From: Actinomycetota bacterium
Lineage (GTDB): Bacteria; Actinomycetota; Acidimicrobiia; Acidimicrobiales; RAAP-2
Assembly (NCBI GenBank): GCA_021324355.1
Contig: JAJPJD010000021.1
Location: 35,969 to 99,968, forward strand
DNA: 64,000 bases
Reading direction: 5' to 3'
The notes beneath the pieces were generated by a model. The model made no database searches. It was not told the DNA's origin and was given only the letters and a program-made list of their open reading frames with translations. Shown here piece by piece: positions 20,574-29,236 of the stretch (its first letter is position 1; the number at the start of each line of letters is the position of its first letter). Both the position numbers and the translations under genes were made by a program.

Positions 20574-20597
20574 CTGCGGAGCCTACGATCACCGGTC

Positions 20598-21299
20598 GTG
20601 CCCCCCTCGTCCCGGACCGCCGCCAGGGCGGCGAGCCCGCGCTCGGGCGTCTCGGCGACCCGCCGCCGCCAGGACCGGAACACCGTGGTCTTCCTGGTCC
20701 GGCACGGCCAGACCCCGACCACCGGCAAGGTGCTGCCAGGCCGGGCCCCCGGCCTCCATCTCTCGGCCAGTGGCGTCGAGCAGGCCGCGGCCACCGCCGA
20801 CCGGCTGGCCGCCCTGTCGCCCGCCCCCCGGGCGGTGTACGCCTCGCCGATGGAGCGGGCTCGGGAAACCGCGGCCCCGATCGCCCGGGCCCTCGGGCTG
20901 CGGGTCCGCACCCACCGGGGCCTGCTCGACTCGGCGGTGGGCGAGTGGGAGGGCAAGAGCCTCAAGGTGCTGGCCCGCAAACCCCAGTGGCGCACCGTGG
21001 TGGGCTGGCCGAGCGGGTTCCGCTTCCCCGGGGGCGAGTCCTTTGCCGAGGTGCAGGCCCGGGTGATGGGCAGCGTGCTCGAGCTGGTCGAACGCCATCG
21101 GGGCGAGCGAATCGTGTGCGTCTCCCATGCCGACCCGATCCAGCTGGTGGTCTCCTCGGTCGCCGGCGTCCCGTTGGACATGTTCCAACGGATCGTGATC
21201 TCCCCGGCCTCGGTCTCGGCAGTGGCCTTCGGCGGAGGCCGGCCGAGCCTGCTGTGCGTCAACTCGACTGGCAGCCTGTCGGAGCTGGTGGCGCCGTGA
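20598..21299 (+). CDS. Histidine phosphatase superfamily protein (MSMEG_4193-type putative phosphomutase)
   Basis: VVFLVRHGQT (RHG catalytic motif), ERARETA, and SHADPIQ (second catalytic His). Start is ambiguous: GTG at 20598 is favoured by GC3, and GTG at 20685 is the alternative. Confidence 0.8.
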   Translation: MPPSSRTAARAASPRSGVSATRRRQDRNTVVFLVRHGQTPTTGKVLPGRAPGLHLSASGVEQAAATADRLAALSPAPRAVYASPMERARETAAPIARALGLRVRTHRGLLDSAVGEWEGKSLKVLARKPQWRTVVGWPSGFRFPGGESFAEVQARVMGSVLELVERHRGERIVCVSHADPIQLVVSSVAGVPLDMFQRIVISPASVSAVAFGGGRPSLLCVNSTGSLSELVAP

Positions 21300-21787
21300 C
21301 CGAGCACGACCTCGACTCGCCCGACGAGTTCACCGTCGGCACCGTGGGACCGGTCGGCCGGCGAGTCTTCCTGCTCCAGTGCCGCCAGGGGGACCACCTG
21401 CTCACCGTGAAGGTGGAGAAGCAGCAGGTGGCGGTGCTGGCGAGCTACCTGGCCCGCATCGTCCAGGAGGTCGGCCGCCCGGGGGTCCTGCCGGCCGAGG
21501 TCACCTTCCGGGCCGACCAGGAGCCAGCGTGGGTCGTCGGGACCATCGGCGTCTCCTATGACGACCAGCGGTCGCGCGTGGTGGTGGTGGTCGAGGAGGT
21601 CGAGGGCGACGAGGACACCTCGGTCGCTCGGATCTCGATCACCCTCGAGCAGGCGGCGGCGTTCGCGGTGGTCGCGACCGGCCTGGTCGAGGCCGGCCGG
21701 CCACCGTGCCCGTTGTGCGGGATGCCGCTCGACCCCTCGGGCCACGACTGCCCGCGCACCAACGGGCACCGGCCGCCCCGGACGTGA
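21296..21787 (+). CDS. DUF3090 family protein
   Basis: FTVGTVGPVGRRVFLLQCRQG...VKVEKQQV core and C-terminal CPLCGMPLDPSGHDCP. The GTG start overlaps the upstream stop (GTGA). Confidence 0.8.
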   Translation: MTEHDLDSPDEFTVGTVGPVGRRVFLLQCRQGDHLLTVKVEKQQVAVLASYLARIVQEVGRPGVLPAEVTFRADQEPAWVVGTIGVSYDDQRSRVVVVVEEVEGDEDTSVARISITLEQAAAFAVVATGLVEAGRPPCPLCGMPLDPSGHDCPRTNGHRPPRT

Positions 21788-22509
21788 GCGGGCGGGCCCA
21801 GCCCGGCCACGAGGAGGCCCTCCGCCTCCTGCGCGAGGGAGCGCTCACCGTGCATGGCCGGATCGCCGGGAGCTCGAACGTGACCCTGCTCGTCACCTGC
21901 GAGCTGGACGGTGAGCGGCTCGCGGCCGTCTACAAGCCGGTCCGGGGGGAGCGGCCGCTGTGGGACTTCCCGAGCGGCCTCTACCGCCGCGAGGTTGCCG
22001 CCTACGTGCTCTCGGAGGCTCTGGGCTGGGGGCTGGTGCCACGGACCGTGATCCGAGCCGACGCCCCCCTCGGGATCGGCTCGCTCCAGGAGCTGGTCGA
22101 GGAGGACGGCCAGTCCCACTACTTCACCCTGCGCGAGGACCCCCGGTTCACCGAGGTCCTGCACCGCCTGGCGGTCTTCGACGTGGTGGCCAACAACGCC
22201 GACCGCAAGAGCGGCCACGTCCTGTTGGCCGGCGAGCGGGTCTGGGCCATCGACAACGGGCTGTCGTTCCACCGCCAGCCCAAGCTGCGCACCGTGATCT
22301 GGGACTTCGCCGGCGAACCGCTCACCGAGGAGGAGGCCGGCGCGCTCGCACGCCTCCTCCGACCTGGCCTGCCCACCGAGCTCGAGGCGCTGCTGGAGCC
22401 CGACGAGCGCGAGGCGCTGCGGGCACGGGTGGTCCGGCTCCTGCGCGACGGCCACCTGCCGGCGCCGGCCGACGACGACTGGCGCCCCTACCCCTGGCCG
22501 CTCGTGTGA
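21784..22509 (+). CDS. SCO1664 family protein (PI3/PI4-kinase-like fold)
   Basis: AVYKPVRGERPLWDF, catalytic-loop-like NNADRKSGHVLL and IDNGLSF. The GTG start overlaps the DUF3090 stop (GTGA). Confidence 0.8.
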   Translation: MSGRAQPGHEEALRLLREGALTVHGRIAGSSNVTLLVTCELDGERLAAVYKPVRGERPLWDFPSGLYRREVAAYVLSEALGWGLVPRTVIRADAPLGIGSLQELVEEDGQSHYFTLREDPRFTEVLHRLAVFDVVANNADRKSGHVLLAGERVWAIDNGLSFHRQPKLRTVIWDFAGEPLTEEEAGALARLLRPGLPTELEALLEPDEREALRARVVRLLRDGHLPAPADDDWRPYPWPLV

Positions 22510-22521
22510 CCGGAGCCCACC

Positions 22522-23673
22522 TCAGAGGCTCACGTGGAGGTCGTCGCGCATGGCCGCCTCGACCGCGGCCGCGAGGACCTGGGCTCCTCCCGGGGTGATG
22601 TGGGTGCCGTCGGGCTCCCGGACGTTCACCTCCTGGCCGTTCTCGACCAGGTAGGGGGTGAACTGGCCGCTGGGGGTGCCCAGGACCGTCCACGACGACA
22701 CGTAGACCACGTCGGGGTTCTGGGCCGCTGCCTGCTGGACCAGGCCGTTGATCCGCTGCATGGCGGCCGACAGCCCCGGGTCCTGCATCGGCGGCATTCC
22801 GACCCAGATCACCCGGGCGCCCTGGCCGGTCGCCTCGGCCATGAACGAGGCGACCCGGGAGCGGTAGATGGTGTCCCAGGCACTGGTTCCGAAGGGCACG
22901 TCGGGCGGTCCCGGAAAGTCCTGGGCGTCGTTGGCCCCGATCATCACCACCACCACCTCCGGGTGGTCTCGAGCCAGGTCCGTCGCCAGCTCGGCCGGCC
23001 AGTTGAAGTAGTCGGGGCGGGTCAGCCCGGTCGACACCTGGCCGTCCAAGGTGGCCTGGACCACGCCGGTCTGGTCCAGGTCGTTCACCAGCACGCTGCC
23101 CAGGTCGATGCCGAGCGAGTCGCCCACCACCAGCACCCGGAGCGGGTCCGCTGCGCTGGGGTGGCGGTTCAGAGGCACCGGCGCGGTGGTGGGGGTCGAG
23201 GGCACCGGGGACGGGTGCGGGCGCAGGCCGCCAGGGCGCAGCGCTCGGGGGTGCAGCGGTGCCCCGGCGCCCGGGCGATTGCCGGTGCGCCCGAGGATCC
23301 CGTCGGCCACCGACACCAGGTGGGAGACCCCGAGGTCCCGGCTCACGGTGGCGATCGGGCCCAGGATGTCGAGGGACACGGTGCGGCGGGCCCCCACCGG
23401 GGAGACCTGCGCATTGTGCTGAAGGGTCGGGGCGTCGAGCAGGAGCCACAGCGCGAAGCCAGCCAGGCAAACCCCGAGCACCCGAGTCCAGCCGCTCCGG
23501 CGGGGCTGGCCTTCGGGCGGCGGGCCGGGCGGCCGCGGCGGGAGGGCGGGAACCACCGCACGGCGCCACAGCCGGCCCAGGGCGACCCGGGCAGAACGGC
23601 CGAACGCCCGCCGACCCGGACCGGCCCCCCCAACCGGAGGGGTGGTGGTCGGCCGGGTTCCCGATCGGGCCAT
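22522..23673 (-). CDS. Membrane-anchored SGNH/GDSL hydrolase (DUF459-like acyl-esterase/transferase)
   Basis: C-terminal 383 aa of the 701-aa track [20 protein letters not shown], a Pro-rich linker, block [10 protein letters not shown] and block V EPDGTHIT. The ATG at 23673 overlaps the MBOAT stop (ATGA). Confidence 0.8.
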   Translation of the reverse strand: MARSGTRPTTTPPVGGAGPGRRAFGRSARVALGRLWRRAVVPALPPRPPGPPPEGQPRRSGWTRVLGVCLAGFALWLLLDAPTLQHNAQVSPVGARRTVSLDILGPIATVSRDLGVSHLVSVADGILGRTGNRPGAGAPLHPRALRPGGLRPHPSPVPSTPTTAPVPLNRHPSAADPLRVLVVGDSLGIDLGSVLVNDLDQTGVVQATLDGQVSTGLTRPDYFNWPAELATDLARDHPEVVVVMIGANDAQDFPGPPDVPFGTSAWDTIYRSRVASFMAEATGQGARVIWVGMPPMQDPGLSAAMQRINGLVQQAAAQNPDVVYVSSWTVLGTPSGQFTPYLVENGQEVNVREPDGTHITPGGAQVLAAAVEAAMRDDLHVSL

Positions 23674-25103
23674 CAGAACCGGTAGTAGATGAACGGGGCG
23701 ACCCCGCTCGGACCGAGGGTGGTGATGCCCAGCAGGACCAGGCCGAGGATCGCCGCCTGCACCGCCGCCCGCTGCTCGGAGAACACCCGCTGGAGGCGCA
23801 CCAGCGAGCCGGCCGGGACGAACTGCGCCCCGATCACGCCCGCCACCACCAGGACCAAGAGCGGGGTCACCAACCCCGAGCCGGCCCCCCACCCGGTGAC
23901 CAGGCGAGACAGCAGCGCCCAGGCATTGGAGAACGACGACGCGTTGAAGAAGATCCACCCCAGGCAGACGAACTGGAAGGTCCAGAACCGCTGCCACCCG
24001 GCGCGCCAGGCGCCCTGGGCGACGGCGGGCAGCCCCCGGGCGATCCGGCGGCGCCGCCGCAGGTGGCCGACGCACTGGCCGACCCCGTGCAGCGCCCCCC
24101 AGATGACGAAGGTCCAGTTGGCGCCGTGCCACAAGCCGCCCAGGACCATGGTGATCATGATGTTGCGGATCACCAGGCCGTCGGACCCTCGGTTCCCACC
24201 CAACGGGATGTACAGGTAGTCGCGCAACCACCGGGACAGCGTGATGTGCCAGCGGCGCCAGAAGTCCTGGAGGTTGCGGGCCGTGTAGGGGGCGTCGAAG
24301 TTCACCGGGAAGCGGACCCCGAGCAACAGGGCCAGGCCGATCGCGATGTCGGTGTAGCCGCTGAAATCGCAGTAGATCTGGACCCCATACCCCCAACCGG
24401 CGAAGACGACCTCGAGGGCCGAGTGGGCGCTCGGGGCACTGAACACCGGCTGGACGATGGCCGTCGACACGTACGAGGAGATGACGACCTTCTTGAACAG
24501 GCCGGCCATGACCAACCAGATCGCCCACGAGAAGTCCACCTCCGCCGGGTCCCGGCGTCGCCGGATCTGGGGCAACAGCTCCTCGCCTCGGACGATCGGC
24601 CCGGCGATCAGGTGGGGGAAGAAGCACAGATAGGCCGCCAGGTCGACGGGGCGGGCTGGCTCGAGACGGCCGCGGTAGACGTCCACGACATAGCTGATCG
24701 CCATGAAGGTGAAGAACGAGATCGCGACCGGCAAGGTCGGCTGGACCAGCGGCACCAACCGCCCGGCACCCAGCCCGTGCAGGACGTTGTCAACGTTGAC
24801 GGCAAAGAAGCCGTAGTACTTGAAGTACCCGAGCAGCCCGAGCAGCCCGACCAGCGAGGCGATCAGCCAGACCCGGGCGGCCCGGGGCGCAGCACGGCGC
24901 CGAGCCGCGCCCTGCCCCCCCAGGTGGGCGAGGACCGTCGCGGCCAGCAGCAGGAACACGAAGCGCCAGTCCCACCAGCTGTAGAAGAAGTAGCTGAGGG
25001 CGATGACCGCCAGCTTCCATGCCGTCGGGTACGGGTTGAGCAGCCAGCACGCCACGAAGGCGACCAAGAAGAAGATCGCGAAATCGATGGTCGGGAAGAG
25101 CAT
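23673..25103 (-). CDS. MBOAT family O-acyltransferase (AlgI/DltB/PatA-like)
   Basis: Multi-TM protein with the conserved His region [26 protein letters not shown]. Confidence 0.88.
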   Translation of the reverse strand: MLFPTIDFAIFFLVAFVACWLLNPYPTAWKLAVIALSYFFYSWWDWRFVFLLLAATVLAHLGGQGAARRRAAPRAARVWLIASLVGLLGLLGYFKYYGFFAVNVDNVLHGLGAGRLVPLVQPTLPVAISFFTFMAISYVVDVYRGRLEPARPVDLAAYLCFFPHLIAGPIVRGEELLPQIRRRRDPAEVDFSWAIWLVMAGLFKKVVISSYVSTAIVQPVFSAPSAHSALEVVFAGWGYGVQIYCDFSGYTDIAIGLALLLGVRFPVNFDAPYTARNLQDFWRRWHITLSRWLRDYLYIPLGGNRGSDGLVIRNIMITMVLGGLWHGANWTFVIWGALHGVGQCVGHLRRRRRIARGLPAVAQGAWRAGWQRFWTFQFVCLGWIFFNASSFSNAWALLSRLVTGWGAGSGLVTPLLVLVVAGVIGAQFVPAGSLVRLQRVFSEQRAAVQAAILGLVLLGITTLGPSGVAPFIYYRF

Positions 25104-25180
25104 GGGCGCGACGCTCAGGCGAGCGTACCGTCTGGCCGGCCGGACGGGCCGGTTCCGTCAGGGTCCGGTCGGACGTGGGC

Positions 25181-26143
25181 TCAGCGGTTCTTCAGCGCGT
25201 CGATGAGGGCTGGCAGCACCTTGTGGACATCGCCCACGATCCCGAGGTCGGCAACCGAGAAGATGGGCGCGTCCTGGTCCTTGTTGATCGCGATGATGTT
25301 CTTCGAACCCTTCATGCCAACCAGGTGCTGGGTCGCGCCGGAGATCCCGCAAGCGATGTAGACGTTGGGCTTGACCGTCTTGCCGGTCTGGCCGACCTGG
25401 CGAGCGTACGGGACCCAGCCGGCGTCGACGATGGCCCGGCTCGCCCCGGCGGCCCCGTTGAGGAGCCGGGCCAGCTCCTCGATCATCTCGTACTTGTCGG
25501 CCGACCCCAGCCCGCGACCTCCCGAGACGATCACGCTGGCCTCGTCGAGCTTGGGGCCGCTGCGCTCCTCCACGTGGCGGGCGACCACCCGAGCCGCCCC
25601 GGTTCGGCCCGGCTCGGGCGCCGGGGCCGGAACCACCTGGGCCGGCGCGCCTCCGGCTGGCTCGGCGGCGAAGGACTTGGCCCGGACCACGTAGAGGTAC
25701 GGACCCTCCCCAGTGAACCGAGCGGTCGCGCTGAGGGTGCCGCCGAACAGCGAGTGCTGGGTGCGGAGCCCGTCGTCGCTCAGCCCCACCACGTTGGTGA
25801 TGACCGGGCGATCCAGCTTGACCGACAGCCGCCCGGCCACGTCTCGGCCGTCGTAGCTGGCAGGGAACAAGATCGCGTCCGGCCGGTCGCCGGCCGCCAC
25901 CAGCGCAGCGATCGCCCCGGCCACCGGGACTCCCGGCAGGGCCTGGCCGATGTCGCCCACGTCGAGCACCCTGGTCGCCCCGTAGTCGCCGAGGAGGGCG
26001 GCGTGCTCGGCCGCCCAGCCACCCCAGCTGACCGCGGCGACGTTGGTGCCGATGGTCCGGGCCTTGGTCAACAGCTCGAGTGACAGCGTGGTGGGGCCGG
26101 ACTCTGAGGCCTCGGCCAGCACCCAGACGTTCTCCAGTGCCAT
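25181..26143 (-). CDS. etfA: Electron transfer flavoprotein subunit alpha
   Basis: C-terminal FAD motif [16 protein letters not shown]. The ATG overlaps the etfB stop. Confidence 0.9.
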   Translation of the reverse strand: MALENVWVLAEASESGPTTLSLELLTKARTIGTNVAAVSWGGWAAEHAALLGDYGATRVLDVGDIGQALPGVPVAGAIAALVAAGDRPDAILFPASYDGRDVAGRLSVKLDRPVITNVVGLSDDGLRTQHSLFGGTLSATARFTGEGPYLYVVRAKSFAAEPAGGAPAQVVPAPAPEPGRTGAARVVARHVEERSGPKLDEASVIVSGGRGLGSADKYEMIEELARLLNGAAGASRAIVDAGWVPYARQVGQTGKTVKPNVYIACGISGATQHLVGMKGSKNIIAINKDQDAPIFSVADLGIVGDVHKVLPALIDALKNR

Positions 26144-26919
26144 CAGATCACCTTCAGTTCTTCGAGGAAGGCCACGATCCGCTGGGCACCGTCACCCTCG
26201 TCGACCACGATCTCGCCGGCTCCTCGCTCCTCCACCGGGGCGACCTCGGTGACCTCCTGGCGGGCCCCGGCCGCGCCCACCGTGGCCCGGTCCACCCCGA
26301 GGTCGTCGACCCCGAGGACCTCCACCGGCTTGGACTTGGCCGCCATGATCCCCTTGAACGACGGGTAGCGAGGCTCGACCACGCCGGCGGTCACGCTCAC
26401 CACCGCCGGCAAGGGGCATTCCACCTCGTCGAAGCCCGCTTCGGTCTGGCGCTCGACCCGCACCGTCGACCCCTCGATCGAGATCTTCTTGGCGAAGGTG
26501 ACCGACGGGAGGTCCAACAGCTCGGCGATCTGGGTCGGGACCGTGCCGGTGTAGCCGTCCGTCGACTCGGTGGCCGTGAGCACCAGGTCCGGCTGCGCCC
26601 TCGAGATGGCCGCCGCCAGCACCCGGGCCGTCCCCAGGGCATCGCTCCCAGCGAGGGCGTCGTCGCTCACCAAGATGGCCCGGGCCGCGCCCATGGCCAG
26701 CGCTGTGCGCAGACCCGAGGTCTCCCCGCCGGGCGCCATCGACACCAGGATCACCTCGTCACCCTCGCCGGCGGCCAGCTGGAGGCCCATCTCCACGCCG
26801 TAGGAGTCCGAGTCGTCCATGATCAGCTTGCCCGAGCGGTCCAGGGTGTGGGTGCTCGGGTCGAGCGCCTGGGGAGCGGCCGGGTCAGGGATCTGTTTCA
26901 CGCACACGACGACGTTCAT
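26143..26919 (-). CDS. etfB: Electron transfer flavoprotein subunit beta
   Basis: Starts [16 protein letters not shown] at 26919 chosen over the track start at 27069. Confidence 0.9.
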   Translation of the reverse strand: MNVVVCVKQIPDPAAPQALDPSTHTLDRSGKLIMDDSDSYGVEMGLQLAAGEGDEVILVSMAPGGETSGLRTALAMGAARAILVSDDALAGSDALGTARVLAAAISRAQPDLVLTATESTDGYTGTVPTQIAELLDLPSVTFAKKISIEGSTVRVERQTEAGFDEVECPLPAVVSVTAGVVEPRYPSFKGIMAAKSKPVEVLGVDDLGVDRATVGAAGARQEVTEVAPVEERGAGEIVVDEGDGAQRIVAFLEELKVI

Positions 26920-26935
26920 CACCGGCCATTGTTCA

Positions 26936-27685
26936 TTACCCGGCCCGACTGCCGCCATTCGCCGGGCCGGGGGCCTGAGCCCGGCCGGCCGCCATCGCCA
27001 GCGCGGCCCGGAGGCGGTCGGTGATGATCGTGTCGACGCCGGCGTCGAACATGGCCGCCAGCTCGGCATCCTGGTTCGGGGTCCACACGTTCACCAGGAC
27101 GCCAGCCTCGTGGCACCGGTCGACCAGCTGCTGGTCGACCCGGGAGAACTGGGGATGGATGGCTTGGTAGCGGCGGTCGAGGGCGGTCACCAGGGCCCGC
27201 TCGAGGTCGGCCAGGCCGCCGAGCAGCCAGCCAATGGCCAGCGCCGGCTCGGCCGCCCGCACCGCCTCGATGGTCGGGGCGTCGAACGAGGACACGATGA
27301 CCCCTTCCACCCGGTCCTGCTCGACCAGCTCGGCGGCCACCGCCCGGGCCAGGGCGCCGGTGGGGTCGTAGCCGGGGTCCCCCGGCCAGTTCTTGATCTC
27401 GACATTGATGGCCATCCCCTCGCAGGCCGCGATCGCGGCCGCGAGCAGCGGCACGTGCCCCGGCAACTTGGCCACCGGCGTCTCGTGGACGAGCCCGACC
27501 CCGGGCACCTCGGCGTCGTGGTGGACCACCAGGGCGCCGTCGGCGCTGCGCCGCACGTCGAACTCGACCCCGTCGGCGCCGACCCGACGGGCCTCGACGA
27601 ACGCTTCGAGGGTGTTCTCGAGAAAGCCCTCGGTGCACCCCCGGTGGCCGAAGACCTGGCTCACCGCCATCCTCCCCTCCGACAT
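26936..27685 (-). CDS. Glycerophosphodiester phosphodiesterase
   Basis: VFGHRGCTEGFLENTLEAF and GVEFDVRR motifs. The SD-like GGAGGGGAGG lies inside the first codons, so the true start may be ATG 27670 or GTG 27664. Confidence 0.82.
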   Translation of the reverse strand: MSEGRMAVSQVFGHRGCTEGFLENTLEAFVEARRVGADGVEFDVRRSADGALVVHHDAEVPGVGLVHETPVAKLPGHVPLLAAAIAACEGMAINVEIKNWPGDPGYDPTGALARAVAAELVEQDRVEGVIVSSFDAPTIEAVRAAEPALAIGWLLGGLADLERALVTALDRRYQAIHPQFSRVDQQLVDRCHEAGVLVNVWTPNQDAELAAMFDAGVDTIITDRLRAALAMAAGRAQAPGPANGGSRAG

Positions 27686-27836
27686 CGGGACCCTCCTAGC
27701 ACACCGGCGGCCGGACCGAGCACGTCCATCGCCAGCGGCGCGCCGGTCGCAGGCGTTCTCCCTCTTGTCATCGGCCGTTCATCTGGCTACCCTTCTTGTG
27801 CCCCGTTTCTCATGTGGGTGTTGTGGCCGCCGGACT

Positions 27837-27852
27837 TGTGAAATCGATCACA
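27837..27852. promoter_or_regulatory. CRP/GlxR-type binding site TGTGA-N6-TCACA
   Basis: Exact palindrome TGTGAaatcgaTCACA in the lower-GC whiB upstream region, ending 20 nt before the whiB ATG. Confidence 0.6.
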
Positions 27853-27872
27853 AATGGGTGGAGGACCTGGTC

Positions 27873-28163
27873 ATGGCGCTGATGTGGAACCGAACGGTCG
27901 AGTGGGACGCGCAGGAGTGGCGGCAGTACGCGGCGTGCCGGGACACCGTCCCTGACTTGTTCTTCCCGATCGGGACCACCGGCCCGGCAGTGGATCAGAT
28001 CGAGGCGGCCAAGCGGGTGTGCGGGACCTGCACGGTCCAAGAGCCCTGCCTGCACTTCGCCCTGGCCACCAACCAGGAGTCCGGGGTGTGGGGCGGGACC
28101 TCCGAGGAGGAGCGCCGCAAGCTGCGCAAGGCGTGGCTGGCGGCCCGGCGGCGGGCGGGGTAG
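27873..28163 (+). CDS. whiB: WhiB family transcriptional regulator (WhiB1-like)
   Basis: CRDTVPDLFFP...AKRVCGTCTVQEPCLHFAL...GVWGGTSEEERR gives four Cys plus the GVWGG turn. GGAGG SD lies 8-12 nt upstream of the ATG. A pdtaS neighbour is also seen in mycobacteria. Confidence 0.9.
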   Translation: MALMWNRTVEWDAQEWRQYAACRDTVPDLFFPIGTTGPAVDQIEAAKRVCGTCTVQEPCLHFALATNQESGVWGGTSEEERRKLRKAWLAARRRAG

Positions 28164-28209
28164 CGCCCCCATCCTGGTGCCGCCGGTCCCCAGAGCGGAC
28201 CGGCCCCGA

Positions 28210-29220
28210 TCACCCGAGCCGCGCCAGACTGGCTGCCAGCCGTCGGCGGGCCCAGGCCCTGCGGCGCCGACGATCGGCCGGCCCGACGGCCGCTGGCCCG
28301 CCCAGCCCTAGCTCCTCGGCCACCGTCTGGGCCAAGAAGTGCAGCACCTGCAACGGCTCCCACAGCCGGAGCCGTTCTGGGGCGAGCGGGGCCCGCTGGC
28401 GGTAGGCGGCGAGGTACGAGCGGGCAAGGAGGGGGCCGAGCACCCGGGCGCGGGCTCGCTCCGTGGCCGAGGTCGCTCGGGCCGCCGCGGTGGCGAACAG
28501 CCACGCGGTGCGGGCCACGTCCCCGTGACGGTCGCCCAGCGCGGCGTCGGTCCAGTCGATGACCCAGAGTGTCGCTCCGGCCACCAGCACGTTCGAAGGA
28601 TGCAGGTCTCCGTGGCAGAGCACCGGGTGGGCGACCGCCAGCCGGGGCAGCAGCGCCTCCACCGCCTTGAGCCCGCGGCCCAGGTCGGCGTCGCCGCTCG
28701 TCTCGAGGACCCGCCGCACCAGGCTGAGCCGGCGGTCGGCCAAGCCGGCGCCCGGGAGCGCGTCGGGAGCTCCGAGGCGGTGCAGGTCGGCATGGAGGGC
28801 ACCGAGCTCGCGCGCCAGCCTCGGCGCCGACGAGGGCCTCGCCGCCATGGCGTGGGCCATGGCGGCGCCGGGCACCAGCTGGCAGACCTGGGCCGGGACG
28901 GCGAAGAGGGCTCCGGGCGCGAGGAGCTCGACCACCGCGGGAGCCGGGAACCCCTGGCTGGCCGCCCACCCCTGGTACCGGCACTCCTGCACCAGGACCG
29001 ACCATCGATCCGGGTTGGTGGCCAACCGAACCACCAGCGGGACCGTCCAGGCTGGCGGGAGCCACGGCCCCTCGAAGCTCACCGCGTAGGCCCACACGTC
29101 AGTCCCGCCGGCCAATGCCCTCGGCTCGCCGCGCACCGACACCGGAGGCCGGTGGCGGGCCGCCAACCACCCCCGGAGCTGCGACGCCACCGCGTGAGGG
29201 CTCGGCCGAGCGACGCCCAC
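28210..29220 (-). CDS. Phosphotransferase (APH/choline-kinase-like) family protein
   Basis: Brenner motif VLCHGDLHPSNVLV and VIDWTDAALGD. Confidence 0.8.
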   Translation of the reverse strand: MGVARPSPHAVASQLRGWLAARHRPPVSVRGEPRALAGGTDVWAYAVSFEGPWLPPAWTVPLVVRLATNPDRWSVLVQECRYQGWAASQGFPAPAVVELLAPGALFAVPAQVCQLVPGAAMAHAMAARPSSAPRLARELGALHADLHRLGAPDALPGAGLADRRLSLVRRVLETSGDADLGRGLKAVEALLPRLAVAHPVLCHGDLHPSNVLVAGATLWVIDWTDAALGDRHGDVARTAWLFATAAARATSATERARARVLGPLLARSYLAAYRQRAPLAPERLRLWEPLQVLHFLAQTVAEELGLGGPAAVGPADRRRRRAWARRRLAASLARLG

Positions 29221-29236
29221 CGGGCGGCCCGAGCGC

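Noticed and set aside
18378-20597. First ~740 codons of the 973-aa plus-strand ORF 18378..21299
   Set aside because: It runs through the FrhB-like gene in another frame and antisense to UDG, and its composition is Arg/Pro/Gly-rich. Only the terminal histidine-phosphatase part is protein-like.
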